A stretch of 64,000 nucleotides of DNA, taken from the NCBI GenBank assembly GCA_002328835.1, contig DCWN01000042.1:177493-241492 (forward strand). Direction: 5' to 3'. The DNA comes from Acidobacteria bacterium UBA2161. Its GTDB lineage: Bacteria > Acidobacteriota > Vicinamibacteria > Vicinamibacterales > UBA823. The position numbers and the translations under genes are program-made. The notes beneath the pieces are model-generated. The model did no database searches, had not been told where the DNA came from, and saw nothing but the letters and a program-made list of their open reading frames with translations. Position 1 is the first letter of the stretch, and every line of letters starts with the position of its first letter. Below are positions 9,321 through 18,763 of the stretch, one piece after another.

Positions 9321-11348
9321 TCACGGCACCCGCTCGAAGACCAGGCTCATCAGATCGAGTCCCTGGCCGGACGATCGCGGATTCGTTCCGACCAACTTCA
9401 GCAGAACGACGTTCTCCCCTTCCGCGAACCCGAGTTCGGCCAAACGCATCGGCCCGACCCGCTGGCGCGTCTCCCGATAGAGGTCGACGGCCTGGCCCTC
9501 GGCTCGCTCGTTCCGAAAGATCTGCACGGTTGCCTGGCCGGGCCCGGCCAGCGCTTCGATCGACACCGCGTAGGTGCCCGCCTCCGGCAACTCGCAGCGG
9601 AATCCCACGCTGTGGGGTCCGAACACATCCTCGCCCTCGGCGTTCACCTGGAGATAGCGTGTATTCACGCCGTCGATCGACTCCTCGAGCTTCGTCATGG
9701 TCATGCCTTGAAACGACAGAGAGTCAATCGGCACGCTCCAGCCGGGTCGGAAGACGATGCGATCGGGATCGGCGACCCGCCGTGCGGCCACGTCGGGAAG
9801 CTCCCAGGGCATCGTCGGTCGCTCCTCCGAGTAGAGATAGACAACCGACGCGTAGTCGGTCGGCAGTCGGTTCTCCGTCGGCGCGTGCTCGATCGTCAGC
9901 CGAGCACTCGTGCGAAACGCATAGGCGTCGGTCAGCATGAAGCGATATCCGGCGCTCCGCCCGAGCGGATTCTTGTAGTCCAGGCACCCGCTGAGCGGCA
10001 ACGACACACGTGACATCCAGCGCCCCGTCACGTTGTACCAGCCGCCATTAAAGAAGTCTTCGGAGCCGGTGCCATGAATGACCAGCTCGCCATCGAGGAT
10101 CGCCTGATCGTCACCTTCGAAGAACCCGGTCTGCGCCGACTCGAACCCCTGCGCCTGCAACACGGCGCCGACAATGTGACCACGGCCCTGGGTATCCAGG
10201 AACGTGAACGGCTCGCCTTCCCTGGTCGGATTCTCGCGCCGCCAGAGCGCATAGAAGTGTCGTTCGTCCGGCATCCTTGAAATCTCGGCCCAGACCACCT
10301 CGACCTCCAGCTCGACCGGCGCGCCGCCGTCTCGCTCGAACGTCAGCTCGATCCGCGCCGACTGCTCGAACGGCATCGGGAGATAGAGGTAGTTCGTGTC
10401 GCCGGCGGTCCCTGCCACGACCGATCGCATCGCCGGATCGCCCCAGCTGTAGCCGAACAGGTCACCGACGGGGCTGAGCACGGCGGGCTCCTCGTCGCCA
10501 TCCCAGAACATCCGGATGACGACGTCGCGTCCCTTTCCGGCGAACGCCGATGCCGGAGCGAGCCGCAGGCCAGCGATCCGTCCCGGTCGGTCGGTCTCGA
10601 ACAGCCTCGCCGATGCCCCGGGAGCGAGCGACACCGACCTGCGCTCGGTTCTCAACTCGGCGCCCGGAGGCGCCGCGCTGGCGCTGACATCCTCCCCCGC
10701 GGATTCGAATAGCTCGACCGCCGTCGCCAGGAGCTCGCGTGACTCGGGCGTCTCGTACCCGTCGAAGGTCCGCACGTCGACGTCGTTCGGGTAGATGGCG
10801 TAGTTGATCTGGTAGAACTGAATCGTCTCAGCCCGGGCCACGATCTTGATCGAGCGCTCGAACGGAATCGGCAGGTAGCAGTAGAACCCACCCGCTCCGT
10901 AGCCCACGACCGGCGAGACGAACGGCTCGCGCTCGCCGGTGAACAGCTGCCTGAACGGGATCTCGAGCCGCGGTTCGGTCTCTCCATCAAAGTAGAAGGC
11001 AAAGACATCGTCCGTCGGCGTCGGGGTCCAGATACGGTAGATCGCTCCCGGACCGTCGAGCTCCGCCAGCACGAGCCCCTCCCCTTTTTGGCGGATGAAC
11101 GAGTACGTCCCGGAAAAGCCGTCGTCGTTGCCGCCCGTGCGGTCGTAGCTCGAAAACGACCCGACCGTCGCGGAGCGTTTGAACCGTGGCAGATGATCCA
11201 GACGAGTCAGCTCCGCAAGCCCGATCGAGGCTGTGGCCGGCGGCGACGCACCCGGCTCGGGGGACGACGTTCCCGATTCGCACGCGACAAGGCCAAGCGC
11301 GCCGAGCAAGGCCAGGACCAATCCGACTCGAGCAACCCTTGCTGTCAT
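9321..11348 (-). CDS. DUF2961 / glycoside hydrolase family 172-like lipoprotein
   Basis: Lipobox LGLVAC. DUF2961 hallmarks YDRTGGNDDGF, GPGAIYRIWTP, FYFDGETEPRLEIPFRQLF and GFYCYLPIPF. Confidence 0.8.
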   Translation of the reverse strand: MTARVARVGLVLALLGALGLVACESGTSSPEPGASPPATASIGLAELTRLDHLPRFKRSATVGSFSSYDRTGGNDDGFSGTYSFIRQKGEGLVLAELDGPGAIYRIWTPTPTDDVFAFYFDGETEPRLEIPFRQLFTGEREPFVSPVVGYGAGGFYCYLPIPFERSIKIVARAETIQFYQINYAIYPNDVDVRTFDGYETPESRELLATAVELFESAGEDVSASAAPPGAELRTERRSVSLAPGASARLFETDRPGRIAGLRLAPASAFAGKGRDVVIRMFWDGDEEPAVLSPVGDLFGYSWGDPAMRSVVAGTAGDTNYLYLPMPFEQSARIELTFERDGGAPVELEVEVVWAEISRMPDERHFYALWRRENPTREGEPFTFLDTQGRGHIVGAVLQAQGFESAQTGFFEGDDQAILDGELVIHGTGSEDFFNGGWYNVTGRWMSRVSLPLSGCLDYKNPLGRSAGYRFMLTDAYAFRTSARLTIEHAPTENRLPTDYASVVYLYSEERPTMPWELPDVAARRVADPDRIVFRPGWSVPIDSLSFQGMTMTKLEESIDGVNTRYLQVNAEGEDVFGPHSVGFRCELPEAGTYAVSIEALAGPGQATVQIFRNERAEGQAVDLYRETRQRVGPMRLAELGFAEGENVVLLKLVGTNPRSSGQGLDLMSLVFERVP

Positions 11349-13138
11349 CGAGCGCCGTTCCTGCGCCGACGCACGTCTTCTTCGCTGACCCCGCTGGCGT
11401 TGTTGCCAAACCCCGCCCGGATGTAGGTCAGCAGTTCCGCGACCTCCTCATCGGTCAGGAAGCTATGCTGCGGCATGACGTTGCTGTAACTCTCGCCGTT
11501 CACGTCGATGTCTCCCTCCATCCCATTCAGGGTGAGATCGATGAGCCGGCTCTTGTCGCCACTCACCCACTCGGTTCTGGCGATGGGCGGAAAGCGGGCA
11601 CCGTCGCCTTCGCCATCGGCCTGATGGCAGGTCGCGCAATAGGACTCGTACGTGAGCGCGCCTCCGGTGAGCACGGTGGGCGAAAGATTGTCGGCCACGG
11701 GATCGGGGGTGCGGATGTGGCTCAGCGTTTCGCGCGCCTTCATCGCCGCCAGTTCGGCCTCCCCAAACGTCGCCGCGTCGCCGGTGAAGCGAATCCGCCA
11801 GATCGCCCCGTGCTCGGTTTCGCCAACATACATCGAGCCATCGGGTCCGATCGCGATGCTCATCGGGCGGAAGACCGCGTCACCAGCCGCCACGATCGGG
11901 TCGACCCGGGCGAATCCATCAGCGAAGACCTCCGTCGGGCCACTGGGCTCACCGTCCTCGAACGGCACGAACCCGATGATGTAGCCCGACTGCGGATAGG
12001 GCCGCCGGTTGGTCGAGCCGTGGAACGCGATGAACGCACCATCTCGGTAGCGTGCAGGAAACTGCTCGCCTCGATAGAAGACGATGTCATTGGGCGCCCA
12101 GTGGCCCGGAAAGCCCCTGATGGGTAGGTCGTAGTTGCTGCATCGGCCGACGATCTGCCCGTCTCCTCCGTACTCGGGAGCCAGTAGTTTCTTGCCCTGC
12201 AATTGGTCGTAGTAGCAATACGGCCAGCCAAAGTCCGTGCCCTCCGTGACTCGCAGGAATTCCTCGGCTGGCAACAAGGCACTTTCCCACGCGTTGAAAT
12301 GATTGGAGAACATCCGCACCAGATCGTCGCGCCCGTGCATGACGGTGTAGAGCGTGCGATCCACCGGGTTCCAATCCATGCCCACGAGGCTCCGGATTCC
12401 GGTGGCGAGTCGGACGCCATCTTCCTGGCTTTGATTCGGCGTGTCGGCATCGAATCGCCAGACGCCACCGTAGGGCTCGAGCTGTGGACACGGATCCACG
12501 CCTGGCTGTCCCGGGGTGCGCTTGGGATCCTGACAGGCATTGGACGGCGCGCCGAAGGGCACGAAGATATGTCCCTCGTCGTCGAACGCGATCGGCTTCC
12601 CAACGTGTTCGCGTGCGGGCGGCTCGTTGGGGTCGATGACGATGGCCTCCATCTCCCCCGCCGGCACCAACTCGCCAGGGCGCAGCGGTTGGCGGTAGAC
12701 CGTCTTCTGCGAACTGAAGTACAGGTAGCCCTCGTGGATCCGCATGGCGGTCCCGTAGCGGCCAAAGATCGGATAGTTCCCGAAGTATCCGACCTCGTCG
12801 ATTCGCCCGTCTCCGTCCGTGTCGCGCAAGACCGCGTTGCCTTGCTCTTCGTGGACATCGCGGAGCTTCACGTACACATCACCCTCGTCATCCACGGCGA
12901 TGTGGCGAACCCGGCCCTCGAGCTGATTGATCAGCGCCTGCGCCTCGAACCCGTCCGGCAGGAACAGTCCACCGTTCTCTTCCAGGTCAAGACGGACTTC
13001 GTCCTCAAGGGCGTCCTGTCCGGCCGCTCCGCTCGCTATGGACACGAGGCTCAGGAACAGGCCGAGCACAAGGATCTTGCGAGCCGCAAGGCTCGCCCAG
13101 GGTTCACCACTCGAGAGCGACTGCTTGTCCGTGATCAT
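11345..13138 (-). CDS. PQQ-dependent (sGDH/sorbosone-dehydrogenase fold) sugar dehydrogenase fused to a C-terminal cytochrome c domain
   Basis: An internal ATG at 13138 gives a signal/anchor (ILVLGLFLSLVSIASGAAG). The body is a beta-propeller. The C-terminal domain has CATCHQADGEG...NVMPQH (haem c plus Met ligand context). The stop overlaps the GH172 start by 4 nt. Confidence 0.75.
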   Translation of the reverse strand: MITDKQSLSSGEPWASLAARKILVLGLFLSLVSIASGAAGQDALEDEVRLDLEENGGLFLPDGFEAQALINQLEGRVRHIAVDDEGDVYVKLRDVHEEQGNAVLRDTDGDGRIDEVGYFGNYPIFGRYGTAMRIHEGYLYFSSQKTVYRQPLRPGELVPAGEMEAIVIDPNEPPAREHVGKPIAFDDEGHIFVPFGAPSNACQDPKRTPGQPGVDPCPQLEPYGGVWRFDADTPNQSQEDGVRLATGIRSLVGMDWNPVDRTLYTVMHGRDDLVRMFSNHFNAWESALLPAEEFLRVTEGTDFGWPYCYYDQLQGKKLLAPEYGGDGQIVGRCSNYDLPIRGFPGHWAPNDIVFYRGEQFPARYRDGAFIAFHGSTNRRPYPQSGYIIGFVPFEDGEPSGPTEVFADGFARVDPIVAAGDAVFRPMSIAIGPDGSMYVGETEHGAIWRIRFTGDAATFGEAELAAMKARETLSHIRTPDPVADNLSPTVLTGGALTYESYCATCHQADGEGDGARFPPIARTEWVSGDKSRLIDLTLNGMEGDIDVNGESYSNVMPQHSFLTDEEVAELLTYIRAGFGNNASGVSEEDVRRRRNGAR

Positions 13139-13181
13139 CGCATGCAAAAGGGGCTCGGAGTCCCGGCACCATATCGGTCCT

Positions 13182-15731
13182 CTACCCCAATCGTATCGCG
13201 ATGGCGGGCGGGACACGAGCCGCCCTCCGGGCGGGGAGCCACGCTGCGACGAGCGTCACCGCGGCAACCATGGCGGCAATCGCCGCAAACGTGCCGGGAT
13301 CGCGCGGGCTGATCTGGAAGAGGAGCGTCTCGAGCAACGACACGAGAGCGAACGTGGCGAACAGCCCCACCGCCAGCCCCACCACGGCAGGCGCCGCTGC
13401 TTCCCGCACCATCATGCCCACGACGCTGCGGCCGTCCGCGCCGAGCACGCGCCGTATCCCGATTTCCCGAGTCCTCCGAACGGTCGAGTGCGACACGACC
13501 CCGTAGATGCCGACCGTCGCCAGGAATAGGGCGATGGCCGCGAAGCCGCCCATCAACGTCGCGGCGAGGCGCGGCTGGGAGACACTGCCGTCGATGCGCG
13601 CCCGCAGCGTGCTGACATCGGCGACGGCCAGGCGGGGCTCGACATCGGCAACCTCTCGACGCACTGCGGACATCAGCGCCAGCGGGTCGCCGATCGTCTG
13701 CAGCACGAATGAGCCGTTGCGGCCCGGATCACCGTGCACCCGGTAGGCCTGATCGTGGTGAAGATACATCTCAGGTTGAAATCCTCCGTCGAGCCTCTGT
13801 GTACGCGTATTCCCTACGACGCCAACGACCGTGACCCACGCGATCGATTCTCCTCGCGCACTGGCCCACCACTCGAATCCAAGTCGTTTTCCAATCGGGT
13901 CCTCCTCGGGCCAGAACAACCGTTCCATTTCCTCGCTGATCACAGCCACCAACTCGGTTTCCGCGCCATCACTCTCCCGGAAGGCGCGGCCCTTCACGAG
14001 CGGGATCCCCAGTGTCTGGAACCAGCCTGATCGAACCGATGCCGTCTCGGCGTTCCAGGCGGTGTCGCCCTGTGCGGGCTCGAGGCGGTTTTCAAGCGTG
14101 AAGCCTCTTCGCCCTCGGATGCCGGAGAACGGGAGCAGGGAGGTGTAGGACCCTCCCGTCACACCAGGAAGAGCCAGAAGCCGCTCGCGAATTCGACTGA
14201 TGATGGCCGGGGCGTTCTGGCCGTTCTCGTACAGGCTGGCCGGCACGGCGAGTTCGAACGAGAGACGGCCTTCCGTCTCGAGTCCAGTGTCGACCCCGAC
14301 GAGTGCCACGAAGCTGCGGACGAGGAGCCCCGCACCCACCAAGACGACGACGCAAAGCGCCACCTCGGCCGCCAGCAGCGCCATGCCCGCGGTGAAGACA
14401 AGAACCGGCAGATCGAGCGCGATACTGCTCGCCCGAGGCAGCGTGGACGGGTCCATCGCTCGCGCCACGCCAACGCCCCAGGCCGCAATTCCCACGCCGA
14501 TCGCGGTGCCCAGAATGGCCAACACGATGCTTCCGGTGAGCATCTGGCGCAGCACTCGAGAACGACTCGCCCCCAGGGCCGCGCGGATACTCATTTCAGC
14601 CATGCGTGATTCGCCGCGAGCCAAGAGCAAGTTGCCAACGTTCGCCGCCGCGATCACGAGGACGAGGGCGACTGCCGCGAACAGTATCCACAACGCTGCT
14701 CCGGCCGAGCCCACCACGTCGTCTTGCAGGGGAGCAAACACAAGGACGTGACCGGGGCCTGGATGGCCATACTGTTCGGCCCAACCGGTTTGAATGCCCT
14801 CCGACTCCAGGCGAGCGGATTCCGGCGTGTGCCCTGGCCCCAACCGCCCGATGGCTGAAAGGTTGTGCGAATCCCGTTCTTCACGAGAGTGTTCCGGATA
14901 TCGCAGCGGCGCAAAGAGATCGACGTCTTCCCCAGGCACCTTGAAGTCTTGGGGCATCACGCCGATGATCTCGGCCTCCGCCCCACTGAGTGAGATGGTG
15001 CGGCCGAGCACCGCCGAGTCGGCTCCGAAACGGGTGCGCCAAAGCGCGTGACCCAGCAGCACCGTCCAACTCACGCCAGACTCGTCTTCCTCTGGCCCAA
15101 ACCAACGGCCGATAGCCGGTTCCACGCCCAGCAGCGGAAGGAGTCGGTCGTCTGCCTGGAGCGCACGCACTCTCGCGGGCAGGTCGCCACTGCCGAGCAG
15201 CGTGACGCCGTTGACAGCGTAGTAGCCCACGTCCGCCATCGCGTTGCTCGCGTCACGATAGTCGAGCACCTCTGCGGGTGCGATGCCAAACTTGGGGACG
15301 TCGCGGCCCGACTCCGGCAGGAACCGCGTATGGATCCGGACCAACTCCTCCGACGCCCGATAGGCGAGCGGTCGCAGCAGCACAGCGTTCACAACACTGA
15401 AGATGGCCGTGTTGGCGCCGATGCCGACCGCGAGCGTCAGGATGGCGATGCTGGCAAACCCCGGATTGCGGCCGAGCATGCGCAGGGCGTAGCGAACGTC
15501 CTGCACGGCATCGTGCAGCCATGGCCAGATCCACACGTCCCGCGCGCGGTCGCGGGTCAACAGTGTGTTGCCGACCGTGCGTCGGGCCGCGACGGCCGCC
15601 TCGCGACGGTCGAGCCCATCCGACTCGAGCTCCTGCTGCTTCATCTCCAGATGGAACTTCAGCTCCGCTTCGAGCTCGCGCGCCTCGCGGGCTCGCCGGA
15701 ACACGTACCAGAGTCGTCGTACTGTTCTCAT
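13182..15731 (-). CDS. ADOP-family duplicated MacB/FtsX-like ABC transporter permease
   Basis: Characteristic N-terminus [26 protein letters not shown]...[16 protein letters not shown], and two FtsX-type 4-TM modules. It starts 12 nt after the PadR gene. Confidence 0.85.
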   Translation of the reverse strand: MRTVRRLWYVFRRAREARELEAELKFHLEMKQQELESDGLDRREAAVAARRTVGNTLLTRDRARDVWIWPWLHDAVQDVRYALRMLGRNPGFASIAILTLAVGIGANTAIFSVVNAVLLRPLAYRASEELVRIHTRFLPESGRDVPKFGIAPAEVLDYRDASNAMADVGYYAVNGVTLLGSGDLPARVRALQADDRLLPLLGVEPAIGRWFGPEEDESGVSWTVLLGHALWRTRFGADSAVLGRTISLSGAEAEIIGVMPQDFKVPGEDVDLFAPLRYPEHSREERDSHNLSAIGRLGPGHTPESARLESEGIQTGWAEQYGHPGPGHVLVFAPLQDDVVGSAGAALWILFAAVALVLVIAAANVGNLLLARGESRMAEMSIRAALGASRSRVLRQMLTGSIVLAILGTAIGVGIAAWGVGVARAMDPSTLPRASSIALDLPVLVFTAGMALLAAEVALCVVVLVGAGLLVRSFVALVGVDTGLETEGRLSFELAVPASLYENGQNAPAIISRIRERLLALPGVTGGSYTSLLPFSGIRGRRGFTLENRLEPAQGDTAWNAETASVRSGWFQTLGIPLVKGRAFRESDGAETELVAVISEEMERLFWPEEDPIGKRLGFEWWASARGESIAWVTVVGVVGNTRTQRLDGGFQPEMYLHHDQAYRVHGDPGRNGSFVLQTIGDPLALMSAVRREVADVEPRLAVADVSTLRARIDGSVSQPRLAATLMGGFAAIALFLATVGIYGVVSHSTVRRTREIGIRRVLGADGRSVVGMMVREAAAPAVVGLAVGLFATFALVSLLETLLFQISPRDPGTFAAIAAMVAAVTLVAAWLPARRAARVPPAIAIRLG

Positions 15732-15743
15732 CAGAACTCGCCC

Positions 15744-16079
15744 TCAGGTCGCGCCGAGCACCTTGTGGATCGCGAGAATCATCCGGCCGAACTCGTGACG
15801 CTCGCGCTGCAGTTGCTTGCGCCCGGCGGGAGTCAGGGCGTAGAAACGCGCCCGACGCTTGTTCTCCGAGACCCCCCACGAGGCCTTGACCCATCCGTTC
15901 AACCGTAGTCTCCGGAGGGCCGGGTAGAGAGAACTCTCCCCCACCTGGAGGACGTCATTCGAGACGGTCTCGAGGTGCCGCGCGATCCCGTAGCCGTGCT
16001 GGGCCCCGCGGGTGAGCGTCTTCAGGATCAAGAGATCCAGCGTGCCGGGTAGGAGGTCAGAACTGTCAGTCGCTCCCAT
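15744..16079 (-). CDS. PadR-family transcriptional regulator
   Basis: PadR winged-helix signature LDLLILKTLTRGAQHGYGIARHLE...SLYPALRRLRLNGWV...YALTPAGRKQL. Confidence 0.85.
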   Translation of the reverse strand: MGATDSSDLLPGTLDLLILKTLTRGAQHGYGIARHLETVSNDVLQVGESSLYPALRRLRLNGWVKASWGVSENKRRARFYALTPAGRKQLQRERHEFGRMILAIHKVLGAT

Positions 16080-16095
16080 CGTCTATCGATGGGAG
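16073..16095. promoter_or_regulatory. Perfect 9-bp inverted repeat spanning the PadR start codon (candidate operator)
   Basis: CTCCCATCG-TCTAT-CGATGGGAG. The left arm contains the CAT (complement of ATG) at 16077-16079. It lies between the -10-like hexamer and the coding region. Confidence 0.4.
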
Positions 16096-16122
16096 AATGG
16101 CACGACGGGGAGATCGTGTCAA
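16094..16122 (-). promoter_or_regulatory. Sigma-70-like promoter of the padR-permease operon (TTGACA-N17-CATTCT)
   Basis: On the minus strand, a perfect TTGACA (16122-16117), a 17-nt spacer, CATTCT (16099-16094), then only 14 nt to the ATG with no SD. Confidence 0.45.
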
Positions 16123-16134
16123 GGATTCAGGGCC

Positions 16135-17415
16135 TCAGGCGAACGTCTCTGCCTTCAGCTTGAAGAGCGCGGCCAACTCCGGCCCGCTCAGGTTCGCTTC
16201 TGGGATCCCCTGCTCCTCACCGATGACCCGGTGCGCGACGTAGTCGCCGATCACGGGGCCGATCTTGAACGCGTGCCAGGAGCCCCCACCGACGAGCCAG
16301 ACGTTGTCCATCTCCGGATGGAGATCGAAGATGCACTGCCCGTCCACCGAGTTCTCGGTCTGGCAGGTCCAGACGTGGAGGATCGGCTGGTCCTTGAGCG
16401 CCGGAAAACGCGTGGCCAGTGTCCGTCTCGCTCTGGCCGTCTCGTCCGCGCTCGGCAGACGCTCGTACTCGTCGGGGTCGACCTCGTCGGTCGGGTTGAT
16501 CAGCAGCCCGAAGCCGGCGCCATTGATGCTCGGCAGTCCGAGACCGGTGTTCGGCAGATTCGGCACGGCAAAGCGATGGTCGCCAGGCGGCGTGCCGATC
16601 ATGTTGTACGCCGCCTTCCGCACGGACAACTTTCCGGTCATCACCTCGGGGAACACCTTGGGCAGCCACGCCCCCAGCGCGAAGACGAACGCTCCCGCGC
16701 TCACAGTCTCGCCGGACGACAGGGTCACCGTCTGGAGCGAGCCCCCGGCACGGGCGCCGGGCGCCGCCTTCCCGAGCAAGAACTTGCCGCCCTTCTTCTT
16801 GAACGACGTCGCCACGGCCATGTTGGCGTCTCGCGGCGACAGCACACCGCCCCACGGATGATAGAACCCGAAGTGCTCTTCGCTCGGGGGCGGCGCCTGC
16901 GGCCACCGCCGCACCAACTCGTCGTAGCGAATCACCTCGTACGGCACTTGGTGCTTGTCGAACAACGCGCGCTCCACCGTGTTGCGTGCCGTCCATTCGC
17001 GCCTGAACGAGAGACCGCCGCACTGGTAGAACATCTGGGTACCGAACTCCGCCCCACGCAGCTTCCACTGCTCGCAGGCGTCGCGCGCCCAGAGCATCTC
17101 GTGTTCGTCCTCGCCGTAAGTGAGACGCATCCCTCGAATCTCGCCCGGGGAACTCGATTTCGAGTTGCCAACACCGTATTGATCGACGAGCGCCACCGAC
17201 AGCCCCATCTCCCGAAGGTGGAGCGCTGTCCAGTTGCCCATCACCCCGGCGCCGATGACCGCCACGTCCACGGTGACGTCGCTGCCCATCGGCTGCGCCG
17301 GCTGTAACGCCAGAGATTCGACGTCCTCGGCCGCCGCGCTCAGAACGCTCGTTCCCCCGAGCGCCAGCGTCCCGGCGCTCGCTCCCACCGTCTTCACAAA
17401 GCGTCGCCGATCCAT
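16135..17415 (-). CDS. DAO-family FAD-dependent oxidoreductase with Tat leader
   Basis: An internal ATG at 17415 gives MDRRRFVKTVGASAGTLALGG. FAD-binding motif VAVIGAGVMGNWTALHL. The core is sarcosine-oxidase/D-amino-acid-oxidase-like (GNSKSSSPGEIRGMR). Confidence 0.75.
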   Translation of the reverse strand: MDRRRFVKTVGASAGTLALGGTSVLSAAAEDVESLALQPAQPMGSDVTVDVAVIGAGVMGNWTALHLREMGLSVALVDQYGVGNSKSSSPGEIRGMRLTYGEDEHEMLWARDACEQWKLRGAEFGTQMFYQCGGLSFRREWTARNTVERALFDKHQVPYEVIRYDELVRRWPQAPPPSEEHFGFYHPWGGVLSPRDANMAVATSFKKKGGKFLLGKAAPGARAGGSLQTVTLSSGETVSAGAFVFALGAWLPKVFPEVMTGKLSVRKAAYNMIGTPPGDHRFAVPNLPNTGLGLPSINGAGFGLLINPTDEVDPDEYERLPSADETARARRTLATRFPALKDQPILHVWTCQTENSVDGQCIFDLHPEMDNVWLVGGGSWHAFKIGPVIGDYVAHRVIGEEQGIPEANLSGPELAALFKLKAETFA

Positions 17416-17447
17416 CTGAGACTCCTCTGGCTTGCCGGTCCGCACGC

Positions 17448-17822
17448 TCACGGCGTGTCCGTCGCGCCGTCGCTTGCGATCCGATTCGACGATGACTGCA
17501 CGAGCCACTCGTAGATGATGGAAAGCTGCTCGTCCGGCACGTCGCCGTCGGCCTGCGCCTCCATCTCGCCGATCCCTTCGCGAACCACCCTCAGAAAATC
17601 CGGATACGGTCGGTCGGTACCCACGAGCTCCGGTGCCGTGCCGCCCTTGGCTGAAGGACCGTGACACGTCGCGCACCCTGCGTCGTCGAAGACCTGCCTG
17701 CCCCGATTCGCGTCGTCCTGCCTGCCCGCCACGCCGGCGCCCAGCAGGATTACCGCCACGCACGACACCGCACCGAAGGTAGTGACCGGCCTGGCTCGCC
17801 GATTGGGGGGATGACGAGGCAT
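17448..17822 (-). CDS. Monohaem c-type cytochrome
   Basis: CATCH motif and an N-terminal hydrophobic segment (FGAVSCVAVILLGAGVAG). ATG 17822 is preceded by AGGAG. It ends 32 nt upstream of the flavoprotein gene on the same strand. Confidence 0.7.
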   Translation of the reverse strand: MPRHPPNRRARPVTTFGAVSCVAVILLGAGVAGRQDDANRGRQVFDDAGCATCHGPSAKGGTAPELVGTDRPYPDFLRVVREGIGEMEAQADGDVPDEQLSIIYEWLVQSSSNRIASDGATDTP

Positions 17823-17911
17823 GGTCTCCTGCGAACGAAGAATCATGACCTATATACACCCGACACCCCCGCCAGCGCGAGGCATGTCGGGCCGAACGAG
17901 TCAGCTTCCCC

Positions 17912-17917
17912 TATAAT
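17912..17917 (+). promoter_or_regulatory. Perfect TATAAT -10 box upstream of the DUF1080 gene
   Basis: TATAAT lies 27 nt upstream of ATG 17945 in a divergent intergenic region. Confidence 0.4.
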
Positions 17918-17944
17918 CAGGCGATTCCAGACGCCTCCCGACAG

Positions 17945-18757
17945 ATGAGATCAACGAACTGGCTCACCCTCGTTGGCGTTCCCGCGATCGTGGCTGCCGT
18001 GAGCGTGATCGCCCTCGCCGAAGACCGCGCGCGCCCGACCAGCCCGGCTCAGTCCGACTGGATCCAGCTCTTCAACAGCCGCGACCTGACCGGCTGGACG
18101 CCCAAGATCACCGGCTACGCACTCGGCGACAACTACGGTGAGACCTTTCGCGTTGCGGACGGCCTGCTCACCGTCGCGTACGACCAGTACGACGACTTCG
18201 CCGGCCGCTTCGGGCATCTCTTCTTCGAGCAGTCGTTCTCGCACTACCTGCTGCGGATCGAATACCGCTTCGTCGGCGAGCAGGCACCCGGCGGACCCGA
18301 GTGGGCGATCCGCAACAGCGGCGTCATGCTGCACGGCGAGCCGGCCTCGGAGATGGCGCTCGATCAGGACTTCCCGGTGTCGATCGAGGTGCAGTTTCTC
18401 GGCGGGACCGGCGAGGGCGAGCGCCCCACGGCCAACCTGTGTACGCCGGGCACCAACGTCGTCATGGCCGGCGAACTCGTCACGCGACACTGCACCAGCT
18501 CGTCGTCACTGACCTACGACGGCGACGAGTGGGTGACGGTCGAGGTGGAGGTGCGAGGTGACGAGGTGATCCGGCACCTGATCGACGGCGAGGCCGTCCT
18601 CGAATACGAGGCGCCGCAACTCGACGACCGCGAGGCGCATTCCCGCGACCTCGCCGGACCGCAGGGAGACCTCAGGCTGTTCGGCGGCACGATCTCGCTG
18701 CAGTCAGAGAGCCACCCGATCCAGTTTCGCAGGGTCGAACTTCGCCAGCTCCAGTGA
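17945..18757 (+). CDS. DUF1080 (3-keto-disaccharide hydrolase-like) secreted protein
   Basis: Signal peptide, then WIQLFNSRDLTGWTP, LLRIEYRF, NSGVMLHG, and ISLQSESHPIQFRRVELRQL, which is typical of DUF1080. Confidence 0.8.
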   Translation: MRSTNWLTLVGVPAIVAAVSVIALAEDRARPTSPAQSDWIQLFNSRDLTGWTPKITGYALGDNYGETFRVADGLLTVAYDQYDDFAGRFGHLFFEQSFSHYLLRIEYRFVGEQAPGGPEWAIRNSGVMLHGEPASEMALDQDFPVSIEVQFLGGTGEGERPTANLCTPGTNVVMAGELVTRHCTSSSSLTYDGDEWVTVEVEVRGDEVIRHLIDGEAVLEYEAPQLDDREAHSRDLAGPQGDLRLFGGTISLQSESHPIQFRRVELRQLQ

Positions 18758-18763
18758 GCGCCG

